A stretch of 64,000 bases of DNA. Source: Takakia lepidozioides (lineage: Eukaryota; Plantae; Bryophyta). A model generated the notes under the pieces. It was not told the origin of the DNA, ran no database searches, and saw only the letters and a list, made by a program, of their open reading frames with translations. Below are positions 25,038-37,759 of this stretch, piece after piece. The stretch's first letter is position 1. Each line of letters opens with the position of its first letter. The DNA lies in the NCBI GenBank assembly GCA_030704615.1, contig CM060733.1:40114001-40178000 (forward strand), read 5' to 3'. The position numbers were made by a program, and so were the translations under genes.

Positions 25038-25931
25038 CAGTCTGCCCTGGATAAATGTTAACAGTCGGGAGTAGGAAAAAAAAAAACATTTAGACAAGGT
25101 TAACACATTAACAGTTTATGAAGGGGTTAGTTGTAGCACATTAACATTTACAGAATGTAACATTTAACAAATGTAAAAATGATGAGAATAACACTTTATG
25201 AAATAAAGTGTAATATATTCTATTCTCTCTTTGTTTGTGAGTTGTCTTTGATCTTTATTAATCAACTTATTAGTACAACACATCTATCTAATCACATGTG
25301 GGTGCGCCTACCTATCAACAACCAAAAAGAAAACTGCATAGGTATTTCAAGAATATTTTAACTACACTCGCATGCACTCCTACCTGCAAGCCCATTGGCC
25401 ACTCCAACCACCTTAGGGGGCATTTGTCTACTCCCATTGACCCACTTCCTTCATCTCCAAGCCTCCCATGACCCCACAGATTGGCTCTTCCCACAGCGTC
25501 AGGTTGCCTGACCTTCCCAAACTGGCCAAATGAATTGGGGGTACAAAGTGATCTCGTCTCTGGAAAACATCCTGCATGTCAAGTCTCAAAATGCTGAACG
25601 TACAATCGTTGTATCTCAGAAATAACCTCCTGGATATCAAGTCTTGAAATGTTGTATATGCACTTGCTTCATCTATTCACTTTAGTATTACCTCCCACTT
25701 AATTTCTGGTGGTTATGTTTTAAGATGGAGTCTTGTCATAATCTAGTTGGAACTTATACTTAGGTGAAGCCTTTATGGCACACTTAACATTTATGGAGGG
25801 CAAATTAACAAAGAGGGGAGTAAACATTTGTTAACAAATAACACTTAACATTTGCTAGTGTGCACAAGTAGGGGAGTAAAATTTTCTTAACATTTATGGT
25901 GTTTAAGGTAACATTTATCCAGGGCAGACTG
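25038..25931. mobile_element. Non-autonomous Tc1/mariner (pogo-like) element / MITE, 894 bp
   Basis: Perfect 23-bp TIRs CAGTCTGCCCTGGATAAATGTTA (25038-25060 and 25909-25931), flanked by TA on both sides. Many subterminal TAACATTT motifs. Confidence 0.92.
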
Positions 25932-28149
25932 TATAAAGCCTGTCAAATTGGAGTACATATGGTCCTTGGGTCCTCTCAATCATGCTGAACCGGCAACACA
26001 CTCATGCACATGCTTTTAACTGGAAATGGTGAATGCCCATTCACATCCAGTAGAAACCACGAGGGAATTAATGGAAAATGGTCACTTTATTTGTCCACTC
26101 AGGCAAACTCCGCCATTGTGCATCACAGAGATAGCAACAGAACAATGGTGCAGAAGATGGATGAAGGAAAGACACAACATTCCAAAAGGATCCCACGGTT
26201 TGTGATGAAACACTTGCGAGTCTCTCTCGTGGCACGCTCTCGCCCACAGCCACAGCAATTGTGCGTGACAGTGTGCCATTGCTGTTTCATGACCCATCTC
26301 ATAAAGCTTGCCCTCTGCACTGCACATTCATCACCCAACCTCATATCCCTGCAGATTCTCGGATCCATAGAAATGAAGCCTTGAATTATGCTCCGAATCC
26401 TACCCACAGCCTCTGTATCATAGCTTTTCGCAGTATGGATTGCAGGATTGTAACATTTTTTGGGCTTCAAATTGGATCAGTGAACTTGCAGTGTTAGTAG
26501 AGGTCCTGAAAACTTCACAACTCCTATCATTTTGTCTAACTGGGTAATATTGGGCAGCTATCCCTAAAATTTCCAGAAGTTTTGGAAGTTCTTGGACTCG
26601 TCTGTTGAGGAGATCATTCTGGGCATCACAGTGTAGTCCCCATTCGGGACATAGATTAACACAGAAGAATATCCGTCCATGGGCTGCAAGCTGGCACCCT
26701 TGAGATTTGGGATGCCACAGCAACCCTCTGTATGTGGGCTCATCCACTGCCCTTTTTGTAGGCTGTACAATACCTTCTTTGGGTTGCAGGATTTGACATT
26801 GCAGAATCTCTGGTTTGTACTCTGATGCCATGTTATGCTTTTTGGCCTTGGATCAGCAATAATTTTCTCCAGTGAATTCAGGTCAGGCGGCATTGGAAAG
26901 CCCTTACAATCTTCGCATTTGCAACTCTTTCAATCGGACCTAGTTATGGTTGGATCAAAAAAGGAGTGTGACCCATTTCAGGCATCTAAGGTTAAGAACT
27001 TGTGTAGTGCACAAACTTGTCCAATGTGCTTTCTAATGTTCGTTCTCAAAATATTGGGTTCGAACAAGATGAGGCCAACCACCTTTGGGACATAGTAGCA
27101 AGGCTCTCTGCAGACTTCAGGGCTGCTAAGCTCTCTTAAGAGATTCTCAGAATCCATCCATGTTTTTGTTATTATTGTCTTTACTGTTGTCTCTGAACCC
27201 CATGCATCAACAGAATGTCTTTGCTTGCCATCATTCTTCACTAATCTACTCACTAACCCCAAACATAGTGCCTTCTCCGTGCTAGTATTCTTCTCTTGTC
27301 GCCATAACTCAGATCGCTCTCTTGTCTGTAATCTCTCTAAGACTGACTACCTCTTTTTTAGACTCTCTCGATACCAGGCCTTGTACCCTTCTGCAATTCC
27401 TAGATTAGGCCTGCTTCTCGTAACTGATCTGTTTCTAATCACCGCCCAAGGTAAAGAGCATCTTGGAATCAATTTGGTCCCATACCAAAAGCACTCCTCC
27501 TATGTCTGTCCTTACAGATTTTGATACGAATTCCCAATTCCACATGCCTCCTTCGTAAGGACGAGATGAATGATTCACCTCACTAGGTACCCCAATCTTG
27601 AGACAAGCAAAAGAGATTGATCTCAAGTTACCAACAAAAGAGCGCTACAAAGTCAACTTGGTCTCAAAATTAATGTTCATTATCCTTCACTCAGAAAGTT
27701 TCAGAATACCTACTTTAACACCTTTGAATACCATAATCAAGATGTACAGAAGTTGAAGAGGAGAAAAGATGTGGCAGAACAATCCACAGCAAACGGAAGG
27801 AAGGTGGGTAGGTTTCAGATGCAAGCTCATGCTGTCCATCCCTTGGTCAAAAGGCAGTACTGGACCTCATGAACCTTGTTATCAGAGGGAGGACTCAGTG
27901 ATTGGCACCCGCGACAGCTTGAGATGATCAACTGTACACCAGAGGTTGACATGTTCACTCAGAACTTTGCAAACCTGGCACCCTCATACACTGAGTTGCT
28001 AACACATCTGGCCAAACCATCTGCCTTTGCCTCAATACCTCAAGTCTAGTTCCCACTTTGCCATCTGAAAAGTAATGGCGTCAAGCCAGCACTCTAGCAG
28101 TTCCTGCTAAGGACGGAGGCCAGTTCCATGGATTTTACAAAGGAAGGAT

Positions 28150-31100
28150 GAGGACACATATCACAGTAACGAAGGTCGGCGGCGCTTTCTGGGGCGAGTG
28201 CAAGGATATCTTGCATGCTGGTCTTGTGGGGAGACAGTAGCTGCAACAGTTCAGGTACATATCATGCATGTAACTCATTTCCAGCTTCTGATGACACTGG
28301 ATCTCCTGCATGGGCAGATTTAAGATCACGAGTCATTCTCCCATCCATCCCACCTTTCCACACTGTAAAGCCCTCCAAGTGTTGCGATAGTGCACTCCCC
28401 GAACCCTGCCAAGTCCGCAACAGAACAAGGCAATGTCACAAACACCAACACGACATCATTCGCAGCAGTGTTCATCACAATTCAAGAGACATCAATCAAG
28501 TGTAGACACTAATATATACAGGTGTAAGATACATTGCTTAAAATAGCAACCCGGTTGACAACAAGTGCTGACCTGTAGTTTAATTTATTACTCATGTAAT
28601 CCATCTCATGATTTGACTCAGACTGCTAAAGCTTCTCACTGCTGATTATGTACATTCCCTTAATCATAGAGATCATAGAGACCATAACCATAACAATAGA
28701 GACCAGCGGTTGCCAAAATTTTCCCTACTCCAAAGGTGTCACTCAGTACCCTGCTCAAGTACTGGCGAGTTAAGATACGCTTTAACCTCAGAAGCTACCG
28801 GAAGTCACTGTCAATTTGCCTCAATCAGGACTGCTACTGTAGCGAACCACTTGGCATATGAATAAACAGTATTGAATTGGGATAGCACTCACACTATCTA
28901 TCTCACCTCCAGTTCCCTCATAGCATCTGCCGCTCCTCTCCGTCTAGCTTCCAGGTCCATTAAGCAGCTCCCCATCCGTTTACATTCAGCTTCCAGTTTC
29001 TCCGCTTTGCTCTCAAACATTCTACGATCTGCCTCAAGAACCCCCCACTGTTTGGTAAGTTCTGCCAGGTGACTCTGACGTAGGCTTTCACACTCAGATT
29101 CGAGCTTCTCTACTTTCTTATTGGACTCTTCAAAAGATTCCTTCAGGGTGATCTTGTCAATAACCAAGAAAATATTTGACTTTTGGAATTTACGTTTCTC
29201 CTGGGTCACTTTTGCCATCAGGTCATCTTGCTCTTCCAACCTTTTGCGCATCAGGAGGTTGCGCTCTCCTTGCAGACTCTCAAAACCTGTCTGCAGTTTT
29301 TCCAAAAACATCCTATGCTCTGCCTCAAGAACCTCCCGAAGTTCTGCCTGGTGACTCTGACGTAAGCTTTCACACTCAGACTCGAGCTTCTCTGCTTTCA
29401 TATTGGACTCTTCCATGAGGAGTTTGTGCTCCCCTTGCAGGCTCCTAAAACCTGTCTCCACTTTCTCCAATGTGTCTTTCCACTCATCAAGCACTGTCTG
29501 ACATGAGTCTCGCTCCCTTGTCATCTCTACCATACTAAGTGATCTCTGTGCATGCGTTTACATTTAGCTTCCAGTTTCTCCGCTTTGCTCTCAAACATTC
29601 TACAATCTGCCTCAAGAACCTCCCGCTGTTTGGCAAGTTCTGCCTCGTGACTCTGGCGACTCTTACGTAGGCTTTCACACTCAGACTCGAGCTTCTCTGC
29701 TTTACTATTGGACTCTTCAAGGGATTCCTACAGGGTGTTCTTGTCAATAACCAACTGTCTATTCATTCATGAGAGTTTCCTTCACTTTGGCGAACTCTTC
29801 CTCCAATCGAAACTTCTCTTCCAATACCACCTAGGACAGAGTTCAAAGTCACTGACAGTTTTTAGCCATTGCATCTGAAGGACTGCAGGATCTCAATGTG
29901 TCACACTTTTCAGGAATAGCTGTGTCCAGGATCTTCGAGAGGTTCGACTTACTGGCGTAAGGTTAAGAAACTCTTTCTCCCTATTTTATTCCACTGGGTG
30001 TTTCTCAGCTCTCAACTCTCCATACAAAACTGATTTTTGCTTGTTTTATGTCTTCATGTTCTACCTTGTCCCATAGATCATCGTGGCCCTCTGCGGAGCT
30101 GTAGGTATCTTTGTTTAATTCCTTTCTTGTTCCATATAACTCGACAGAAAGTGCATGCGAAAGTTCATGACCACCCATCATAGAAACGAGGTAAACTGAG
30201 TCTTGAAGAACATATTCTTATCATCAAGAAGAAACATGATATCAACCCGAAGGAAGGCTGATTATCAAAAAAGGATTGGCTACGGAGTATCCAACTAACA
30301 GTGATTGCTAGATTGCTTGTTGACCTGGTGTTTGTGGCGTAATGTGTCGCCAACTTCTCTATGTTGCTCTCTCATTTGCTAGGCTGCAAGCAATTCTGAG
30401 GTGGTCCCCTCTTTTTCAGACTCTTCCATGAGGCGGCACAGTTAAGGGCCCTAAAGCTCTGCCTGTACCCTGTACAGGTCCAATAGTATTGTTGAAAGTA
30501 GAATTTGAGATCTTCATAGAATAGGCCAGTGATCAGGGGCACCCGGTAATCAATCAGATGTCAACGAAGTCTTGTAACCAACTTGAAGTTGTTTTATCGG
30601 GAACATTCTTAACAATCTTTCATGCTGCCAGGCCTCCAGCTTGAAAGTCTACTAGAGAGAACAGATGGTTGACCACATATGATGTTCCTGTTGGTCCCGA
30701 AAACAGAAGTACAACAGCAAAAGCAATGTTCATGTCCTAATGTTCATGTTCATGGTTCGAGTCACCTATACCTGCTGTTCCTGGTGCAACTTCTTGCAAT
30801 CGGACTCTAACTTCTGTGTTTTGAGCTCCCAATTGCATTAGTGGCACGGATGAAGGCAAAGAAGTACTCAAGCTTACGCATCTTTGCAACATTTTCTCTC
30901 AATCGAGATTCATTCACCCCTCCAGTCAGTCATTCATATGCAGAGTACTTGTTGTCTCTCTGGTTGCAAGAAATCACGTCCAGCAAAAATGAATGATCAC
31001 CACTGATAGCAACAGCAAGCAGATGCAACTTAGTTTTAAATGCTACTACCTTGCCTTTCGCCATCTCCACAAGCTTCAATGTAAGAGCTTGACAATCCGC

Positions 31101-31776
31101 ATCCCTTTCAGCAAGGAGCTTCTTCTGCTCTTCTGTTTTCTTTAGCACTTGAGCCTCCATCTCTGAAAAGCGTTTCTCAGCCATGCAAACTTCTTGTTCT
31201 CTTTTTAGCTTCTCTCTCTTCAGTTCTTCCTCAAGACCTGTCATGCTGGTCAGTGCCTGTGAGCACATATCTGACCATGTATATTTTTCCCTCTCCATGT
31301 CAGCAAGTGACCCCTGAATCGCCTGAAGCTCTTGCAGCAGATTCACTTCCCTACGATTTTGCATTTCCCTATCCTGCGCACCAAACAGGAGAGTTCTGCC
31401 CTCTGCATCTCCTGCGACAGCCCCAATCTCAACAACTCATGTCCATGGCCAAGTTGCTCGCCTCCTGGGCGTACTAATACTAATCAATTTACTAATCAAA
31501 CAATTAGAAGGACAGCAGGAGCAGGAAGAATCCAAAGGATACAATACTTCAGTTCGAATACACTACCGGCTCTGCTGACGGAGTCGTAATCACCACTCGT
31601 TTTTTATTAGGATATTCAGAGCCAGATTGCTGCATAGCTGGTCCCAGATCAACAGAAACATTTGCTAGGTGCTGGTTCTGGGCTAGAGGGGCACCCCGTT
31701 GTGTCCCCAATAACATTTGCTCTCTCTCTCCTTGACGCAGACTAATACCAGGGGTTCCCCTGTTCGGTTGCACCAC
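28150..31776 (-). pseudogene. Collapsed pseudogene copy of the coiled-coil gene
   Basis: ORF fragments 28898-29533, 30930-31364 and 31549-31776 match copy A. Copy-A equivalents ~7470-8730, ~11061-12615, ~12691-13159 and ~13865-14030 are absent. There is a frameshift near 29535. Confidence 0.9.
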
Positions 31777-34759
31777 CTGTGGGGAAGGATAAACATGTCA
31801 GTGGGAACTGTAAACTCAACTCAACTCAAACAATTCCTTAACCTTTTCAGAATACGAGTACCATTACAACAATGCACGCTACAGGATGTAACATAGAGTT
31901 CCACAAAAGCACTGCTGCCATATGCACACAATAGTCACTTGGTCAAAGCCCAGAGGAAGGGAGAGAGAAGCACACTGTGCAAAGGGGGTTTGGGGGCAAA
32001 GACAGACGCACTTATTAGACGGTTCCTATGCACCTTGGCTAGGATGGACCCTTCAGGTTATAGTCCTACAGGATGCCAAACCTCCCAGAGCCAGCTGTGA
32101 AGTTTCAGCCCACAGACATACACAAACTCAGCCTTACAACACTGGCACGTAGTCCATGACAAGCTGATTGCAGGGGATTCAGATTTGAAGTAACAACTGC
32201 TATAAACATCATGATTCAGAATGTGCAGCTTAATCTCTGTGGAAGTGCACATATATGTACAAGTTTATGATGATGAATTGGACGTGAATGTCGATCGGAT
32301 GGAAGCGAAATTTTACATTCCCTTACAAGTTTACATTCTATTTATTTTACATTCTCTCAACCATGGTTACAGTTCTATATGTTCTGGTTCCGAACGTGTG
32401 GTCAAGAAAACAACTGAAGAGTCGTTATCCGTTTGATCCTGGAACGCCTAGAAGGCAAAGAAATTATCTAATGCGAGCTGTCACCAGAAAGTTGAGCTGA
32501 CTACAACATCTGTGAAATGCGTCAGACTGACAATATTCACTCCTCCTCCACTTCCAACAACTGATTTTGACTGACTAGGCCGGGGATATTTGTGATGCAT
32601 AGCTCCATGTACAGGCCTTAAGATTGATGTAGGCTCTTCTTGAAAGCTTGAAGAATTCACCCTTGCTCCGCAGTACATCATGCGGCGACAAACCCGCTAA
32701 GAAGAAAACATTTTGACGTATTAAAAGTTGACATCTTCTGCCTTTACATCTTTCTACGTTGACTACATTATGCAAGGTCATAAATCATGATTTTAGCACT
32801 AGATAAGAAAAGAGAAAGAAATAAACTGTTTAACGTCCACAGAGAAAGAAAGACAGACCAGTAAGTTGGAAGAAGGTAAAGAGAGGCATGAGGGGGAGGT
32901 TCATGGCGTGGTCCCGCAGACAGAGAGGCCCTACGCTCCTCTGTTGTGCGCATCGACTCCATTTCCATGGTCTTCCTCGCAGCTCCCAAAATCCTCGACA
33001 AACCAAACGCCAGGCAGTGCCGCACTCCTGGCTAAACCCAAACACTCTGTTTTGCCATATCAGAATCGCCACTTGGATGAAGGTGTAACTTGGATGACAG
33101 CGGCCTTCCAACGAACAATACAATGCAGAATGCAAGTCACAAAAGATGACAAAAGATGGAGTGTGGAAAATATGAGAGAGAAGGAGTGATATGCACTGGA
33201 ATGCTAAAAACAAACAAGTGTGAATTTGAAACACCTCAATGGAGTCCTTCTCAACTTACTGTGGACCTGCAAGGCCACCATAATCAACCAGGCCTTCAAC
33301 AGTTTTCCTGTCTCAGCACAAGGTGTTCACACCCTCTTCTCTCACCTATAACCCATACAGTTGCTTCTCTTATCTCTTCACATCTTTTGGTTGTGGGGGC
33401 TCTCCAGGGCAAGGGTCAAGCTAATAGGATGTCCCCCCTTGCTAGAATCAAGCCTAGTTTTGGATGTAAGGAAAGCTTCAAATCCATTGAAAGAATTCGA
33501 TCTGGGGCAGCATATTTCATGAATTGCAGATTAAGAAAATACAAGGTCCAGGTCTATGCAACTCAATTGAATCAATTTGTATGGGTAGAGGGAAAACTCT
33601 CCTCTCCCAAGCCCATTTCCACTTCACCCCTTGTGGCACAGGCAAATATCAAAGTACTCTTGTTACTTGAGCCTGCCTGGGTTCTCAACAGGGCAATGTG
33701 ATGCTTGCTGAGCTCTAGGCAAATTTCTAAGCAAGGCATATGAATTGGAGAATATTAAGCTATCATTGTATACTAGACAGTAACATTTATACGAAGTCTG
33801 TTTCTGGAAATAGGTGTATCTCTTCATCTCCGCATCCAAGGATTGTGGTCTTCAACCTCGCAGATCACAACACATGTGCTTTCCTGGCCTGTTCAATCTC
33901 CAATTCTTCATTCTGATGAATTTCCTCCTAATAAAGGCAGCTGAGTGATTATTTTTCCAGATTTCATACCTACAAGCTAAATGCTCTGTTTTCAGACTCC
34001 TTTGCATATGCAGACTTTCGATGAAACAAGGGCCCAAAGGTACGCACGCAGAAAATAAAGCAAACTGGCTCTCTGAGTACAAACTGCATAGCGGTCAACT
34101 GGCACAGAACAGATGTCAAAGATTAGTATAATGAAATGATTCAAAATTTGACTCATTGATCTATGATGGGGGCTGGAGAATTGAAACCTCAGCATCTAGT
34201 GCAGGGATCAAATACTGTGTCCTTTTTGTCTACTCACACTGGCAGCCGGGCTGCTTCTCACCCACCAACCAGGGACTTCACTCTATAATGTCCGGAGTGT
34301 AGAGACAGCTCTCTCATTGTCCACCTTTCAAGATAAAAACAAAAGGGTACCCCAAAAAGCCACGCAGACCATATCTGCAGAGCAATCTTGGTGAAAAGGA
34401 ACAATCTTCCTTCAAAAACCATGTCAAACAGAAGCTTACAAGAAGTCACCTAAACTCTCCAACAAAACTGACATGAACTTCCTTCAAATTATAAAGCATG
34501 ATTCACAATGAACCCAACTTTCTACCATGCAGCAAACCGTTGGGCTGAAAAAGTCCAGCTGTAAGGTGTGTGTGTGTATCACCCCTACTAGTCCCAATGT
34601 GTGTAATTTCCCATTCCCTTCACCAGAAACTGATATTGATTAAGTAATTCTTAAGTGGAAGACCTTCCCACAGTAATGAGATTGTAGCTCAAAACCAGTT
34701 CGATTTCTCGTAATCACGGAAACCTCGCAAGTAATTCTCCATTTCTTCACGGGTGTTAT

Positions 34760-36220
34760 CCCATTGAAGTGCCCCAATGACCTCATCAGGAGTGAGCCTT
34801 GTTTCCTGCTCCCGATCAACATGTATGCTTCCCCTTTCTGCTCAAGAGCGGGCAAAGGCCAAATTTCTTCTTCTTGAAAAGAAAGTGGAGGACAGATCAC
34901 GGTATTTTGATGGGGACAACAAGGAAGCCCGATGTGCGGTGAAGCTGCTTATCGATAAGAGCTGCTCCAACCCGCCGGCAGGTAAAATCTTAAAATCGCA
35001 CTAGGTGCACATGTCCTTGAACAGCGCTTTCCTTTTGTATAATTGCTAATAGCAATCGATGTGTTATTGTCTACTTTAGAGTTTTCAGTTTTCCAAGCTT
35101 AGAAGACTCATTTTCTTGTTGGATGCATTCTGCAGAGCCATCAGGTGCACCGGACAATTCTGCTAAGTGGATCAAGTGTATGTTTGCTGGAAAACCCGAG
35201 CTTCCACGTAGTAAGTTTGATCTTACTGAGGTATTATTCCCTATATGTCATGGGAAGCTTCCTGTGACCAAAGAAGCATATCAATCATTCACAAGGGGAG
35301 CGCGGGAGAAAGATGCCGCAAAGAGATATTTGGAAGAGGCAGATGGTTCAGAATTACCCACTCACGAGACATCCGGTTTGAATTTCCATCATCGTGCTCC
35401 ATCAGATGAGATGGACATATCATCCTTCATTGCCTACCAATTCAGTTCGTTCTTTGACCTGTTTAAATCGTATAGCCCGCACAAACTTATCCACTCTCTG
35501 CTGTTCAATTGTAACGAAAAATTAGGGGATAGTCTCACTAGTAGTACTAAAGAGAGGCCCGATACCCTTTTAATAGCCCGTTCACGCACCCTCCTTATAG
35601 GTGAGGACAAGTGAGGACAAGCTCAAAAGTTTGGAGGATCTCAAGGTAAAGGTGAGACGACTTTCCCCTATTCTTTATGGAGACTTGGAATTTATACTGG
35701 GTTGTATAGCAGCAGGCTCACTATTTCAGTGGGTTTATGTGGGCAAGAATGGCAGTTTTGACCTCAGTCTAATCTGTCCATGTCTTGATTTAGACTTTTT
35801 GAACGTAAATGCTTGTTTTATCTTAGCCTTGGCTATGCTTATCACTTGATGCATAGCATGGCAAAGTCACTCCCGGGAGTCAATAGCGACCATGCAATGT
35901 TTTCTACGGATGAAGAGGGAGGCAGGACAATACATTTCGAGCCCGACTATGTTCAGAAGAGTGTTAAGAACTCCAAAAAATATTTTACTTCTGTGGGGAC
36001 TACACTGGATGCGGTAAAGAAGGCATATACATTTGCAACAGGATGTCGCTTTCTTCCTCAGTGCACATGGGACCAAGGTAAAGTTAAACGAGGAACGTAC
36101 ACTGTTGATTATGGACCTGTTGGATACAAACCCAATTTGAGGTCTGAGCAGGATATTAGGAATATGACTAGTTGTGTCTGTGAAGCCCTACATGTCCTTC
36201 ACGTAAATGGCCTTCTCCAC
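34760..36220 (+). pseudogene. Crinkler (CRN)-like effector pseudogene: short N-terminal exon, PD-(D/E)xK REase-like domain, and the N-terminal half of a kinase-like domain
   Basis: Phase-1 intron 34982-35135. Motifs: TKERPDTLLIA...LIGEDK, then EDLKVK..LSPILYGDLEFILGCIAAGSLFQW, then GPVGY...CVCEALHVLHVNGLLH, cut off just before the expected RD. A 10-bp tandem duplication gtgaggacaa (35601-35620) and a second frameshift near 35800 break the frame. Confidence 0.7.
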
Positions 36221-36419
36221 ATTTGCTCTTGACAGGGAAGCTTCAGAGGCTGTAATATACAATTGAGCTGCTTTGTTCACAATATCAGTACAGTCAAGGT
36301 TACAGGGTAATTCTCCGGCGAGGTATTTTCTGTATGGGTGACTGGAGCATCTGTACCAGGAGACTTTTTTCTTATTTGTGAACTGAGCTAGCATTTATAA
36401 TATATGTGTGAGATTGCAG

Positions 36420-36489
36420 GTTGGCAGATGAGGTTGCAGTGGGAAAGGATGGGTCAGTTTACTTCAACGATGCAACGTCTAAGTTTGGT
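36420..36489 (+). pseudogene. Orphan exon fragment of a strictosidine-synthase-like (SSL) beta-propeller gene
   Basis: Acceptor ttgcag, then LADEVAVGKDGSVYFNDATSKFG, matching the SSL-type F/LADDVxVxxDGSxYFxDASxKF motif. It stops exactly where homology to copy A resumes. Confidence 0.7.
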
Positions 36490-37759
36490 TAGGACTCAAA
36501 CATTTGACACAGATACGACGTGTGTAGCTGTGGCTTCACATAGTGCTTGAGAGAGGAAAGATTAAATCAGAGGAAATTATAAACACCCAACAGAAGTCCA
36601 ATGAGCTTATGGGAAGTCCTGTGGAAACAGAAAGGAAGAAAGTAAATAAACGATAACATCCACAGATGCCCACAGGTCCCATTTGGGTGATGCTGCCACT
36701 CCCACTGTATTAGAAATTGCCCTGCATTCACTCCATACATATATGCATCGTGAAAATGGAGGAGAGAGACTGAATGACAAGTTTCAGCATTACAAATAGA
36801 GCTGATGCACCTATATGCTTGCAACTGATGTGAGGCAGTGGAGGAGTTTGGCGGGGGAATTTAGCAAAACCACATTCGAGATTGTCAGGTTCCGGTTCTA
36901 TGCGCGATAGCTTTTCTAAACAAACGTTTAATCCCTACTGACTGTGCAACTCCGGGCCGAGGAAATAAACTGCACATCCAGCGTGAAAAACACAAAAACC
37001 AACCAAGCAGCCCTCTACCTCCAAACTGTTCGAATCCAAACGAACAATTTCTATACCTCCACTCCCCTTCCCAACCCAACGCTTCGATACAGTCTGAGCA
37101 GAAGTATTACCCGGCGCTGTTCTGGCACTCTCCCCGCCATGCCTTCATTCAAATTTCCTTTGCTTCTTCCTGAATCCGATCCAGTCGAATCACGAGCCCA
37201 CCAATATATTGCACAACACAAGCGTCCGACACGGATTCTCTCCTAAGCTGCTTCTACCAGAATCCACATTACTGTAATCAGGCATACAGCGTGAAACATA
37301 TCATACTCCCGCAATCTTCCCCTCTCCCCTCCCCTGCCTTGTTTCTCCCGAAACAAAGTAGAAACGTTGTGTTCCAAGCAAATCACACGCCCCTCCCACA
37401 CTTCCATCTCTCCCCTGTCCGATTCTTCAACGCAGAATTCGGCACAGAAATCATGGCGGGTATTTTGAAGATTCTGAAGATTCATGGAATTTCGAACAGT
37501 GAATGGTTCCGTCCGTAAAGACGACTCGACGATGGACCCTGAATGGATGGTTTCTCTTCCGGTCATCGTCAGTGCGAGGGCAATGTGGAGGGACAGACGA
37601 AACTTGGACGGAAAGACTTTCTCGTTGAGGGATGATCATTGGTTAGGGGATTTAGACCTGCGGCGGCGTCACCGTTTCTTTCTTTTGCATTTCGACAGTG
37701 GCTGAATCACTCGTTTTGCAACCACATAGTCCCTGTCACCACAGTTTTCAGGAAGATGA

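Larger units (their letters stand above)
26906..37456 (+). repeat. Segmental duplication, copy B
   Basis: Co-linear with 5114-16397, with large deletions and a 4.3-kb unique segment (32214-36490). Confidence 0.95.

Noticed and set aside
26004-26900. Overlapping minus-strand ORFs (109-137 aa) that might be a decayed gene
   Set aside because: There is no recognisable motif and I could not establish which frame, if any, is coding.
32870-33050. F-box-like peptide (AWRLVCRGFWEL) in the mosaic segment
   Set aside because: It is too short and lacks the LP...I..IF start of the motif, so it is mentioned only as a coding-like scrap.
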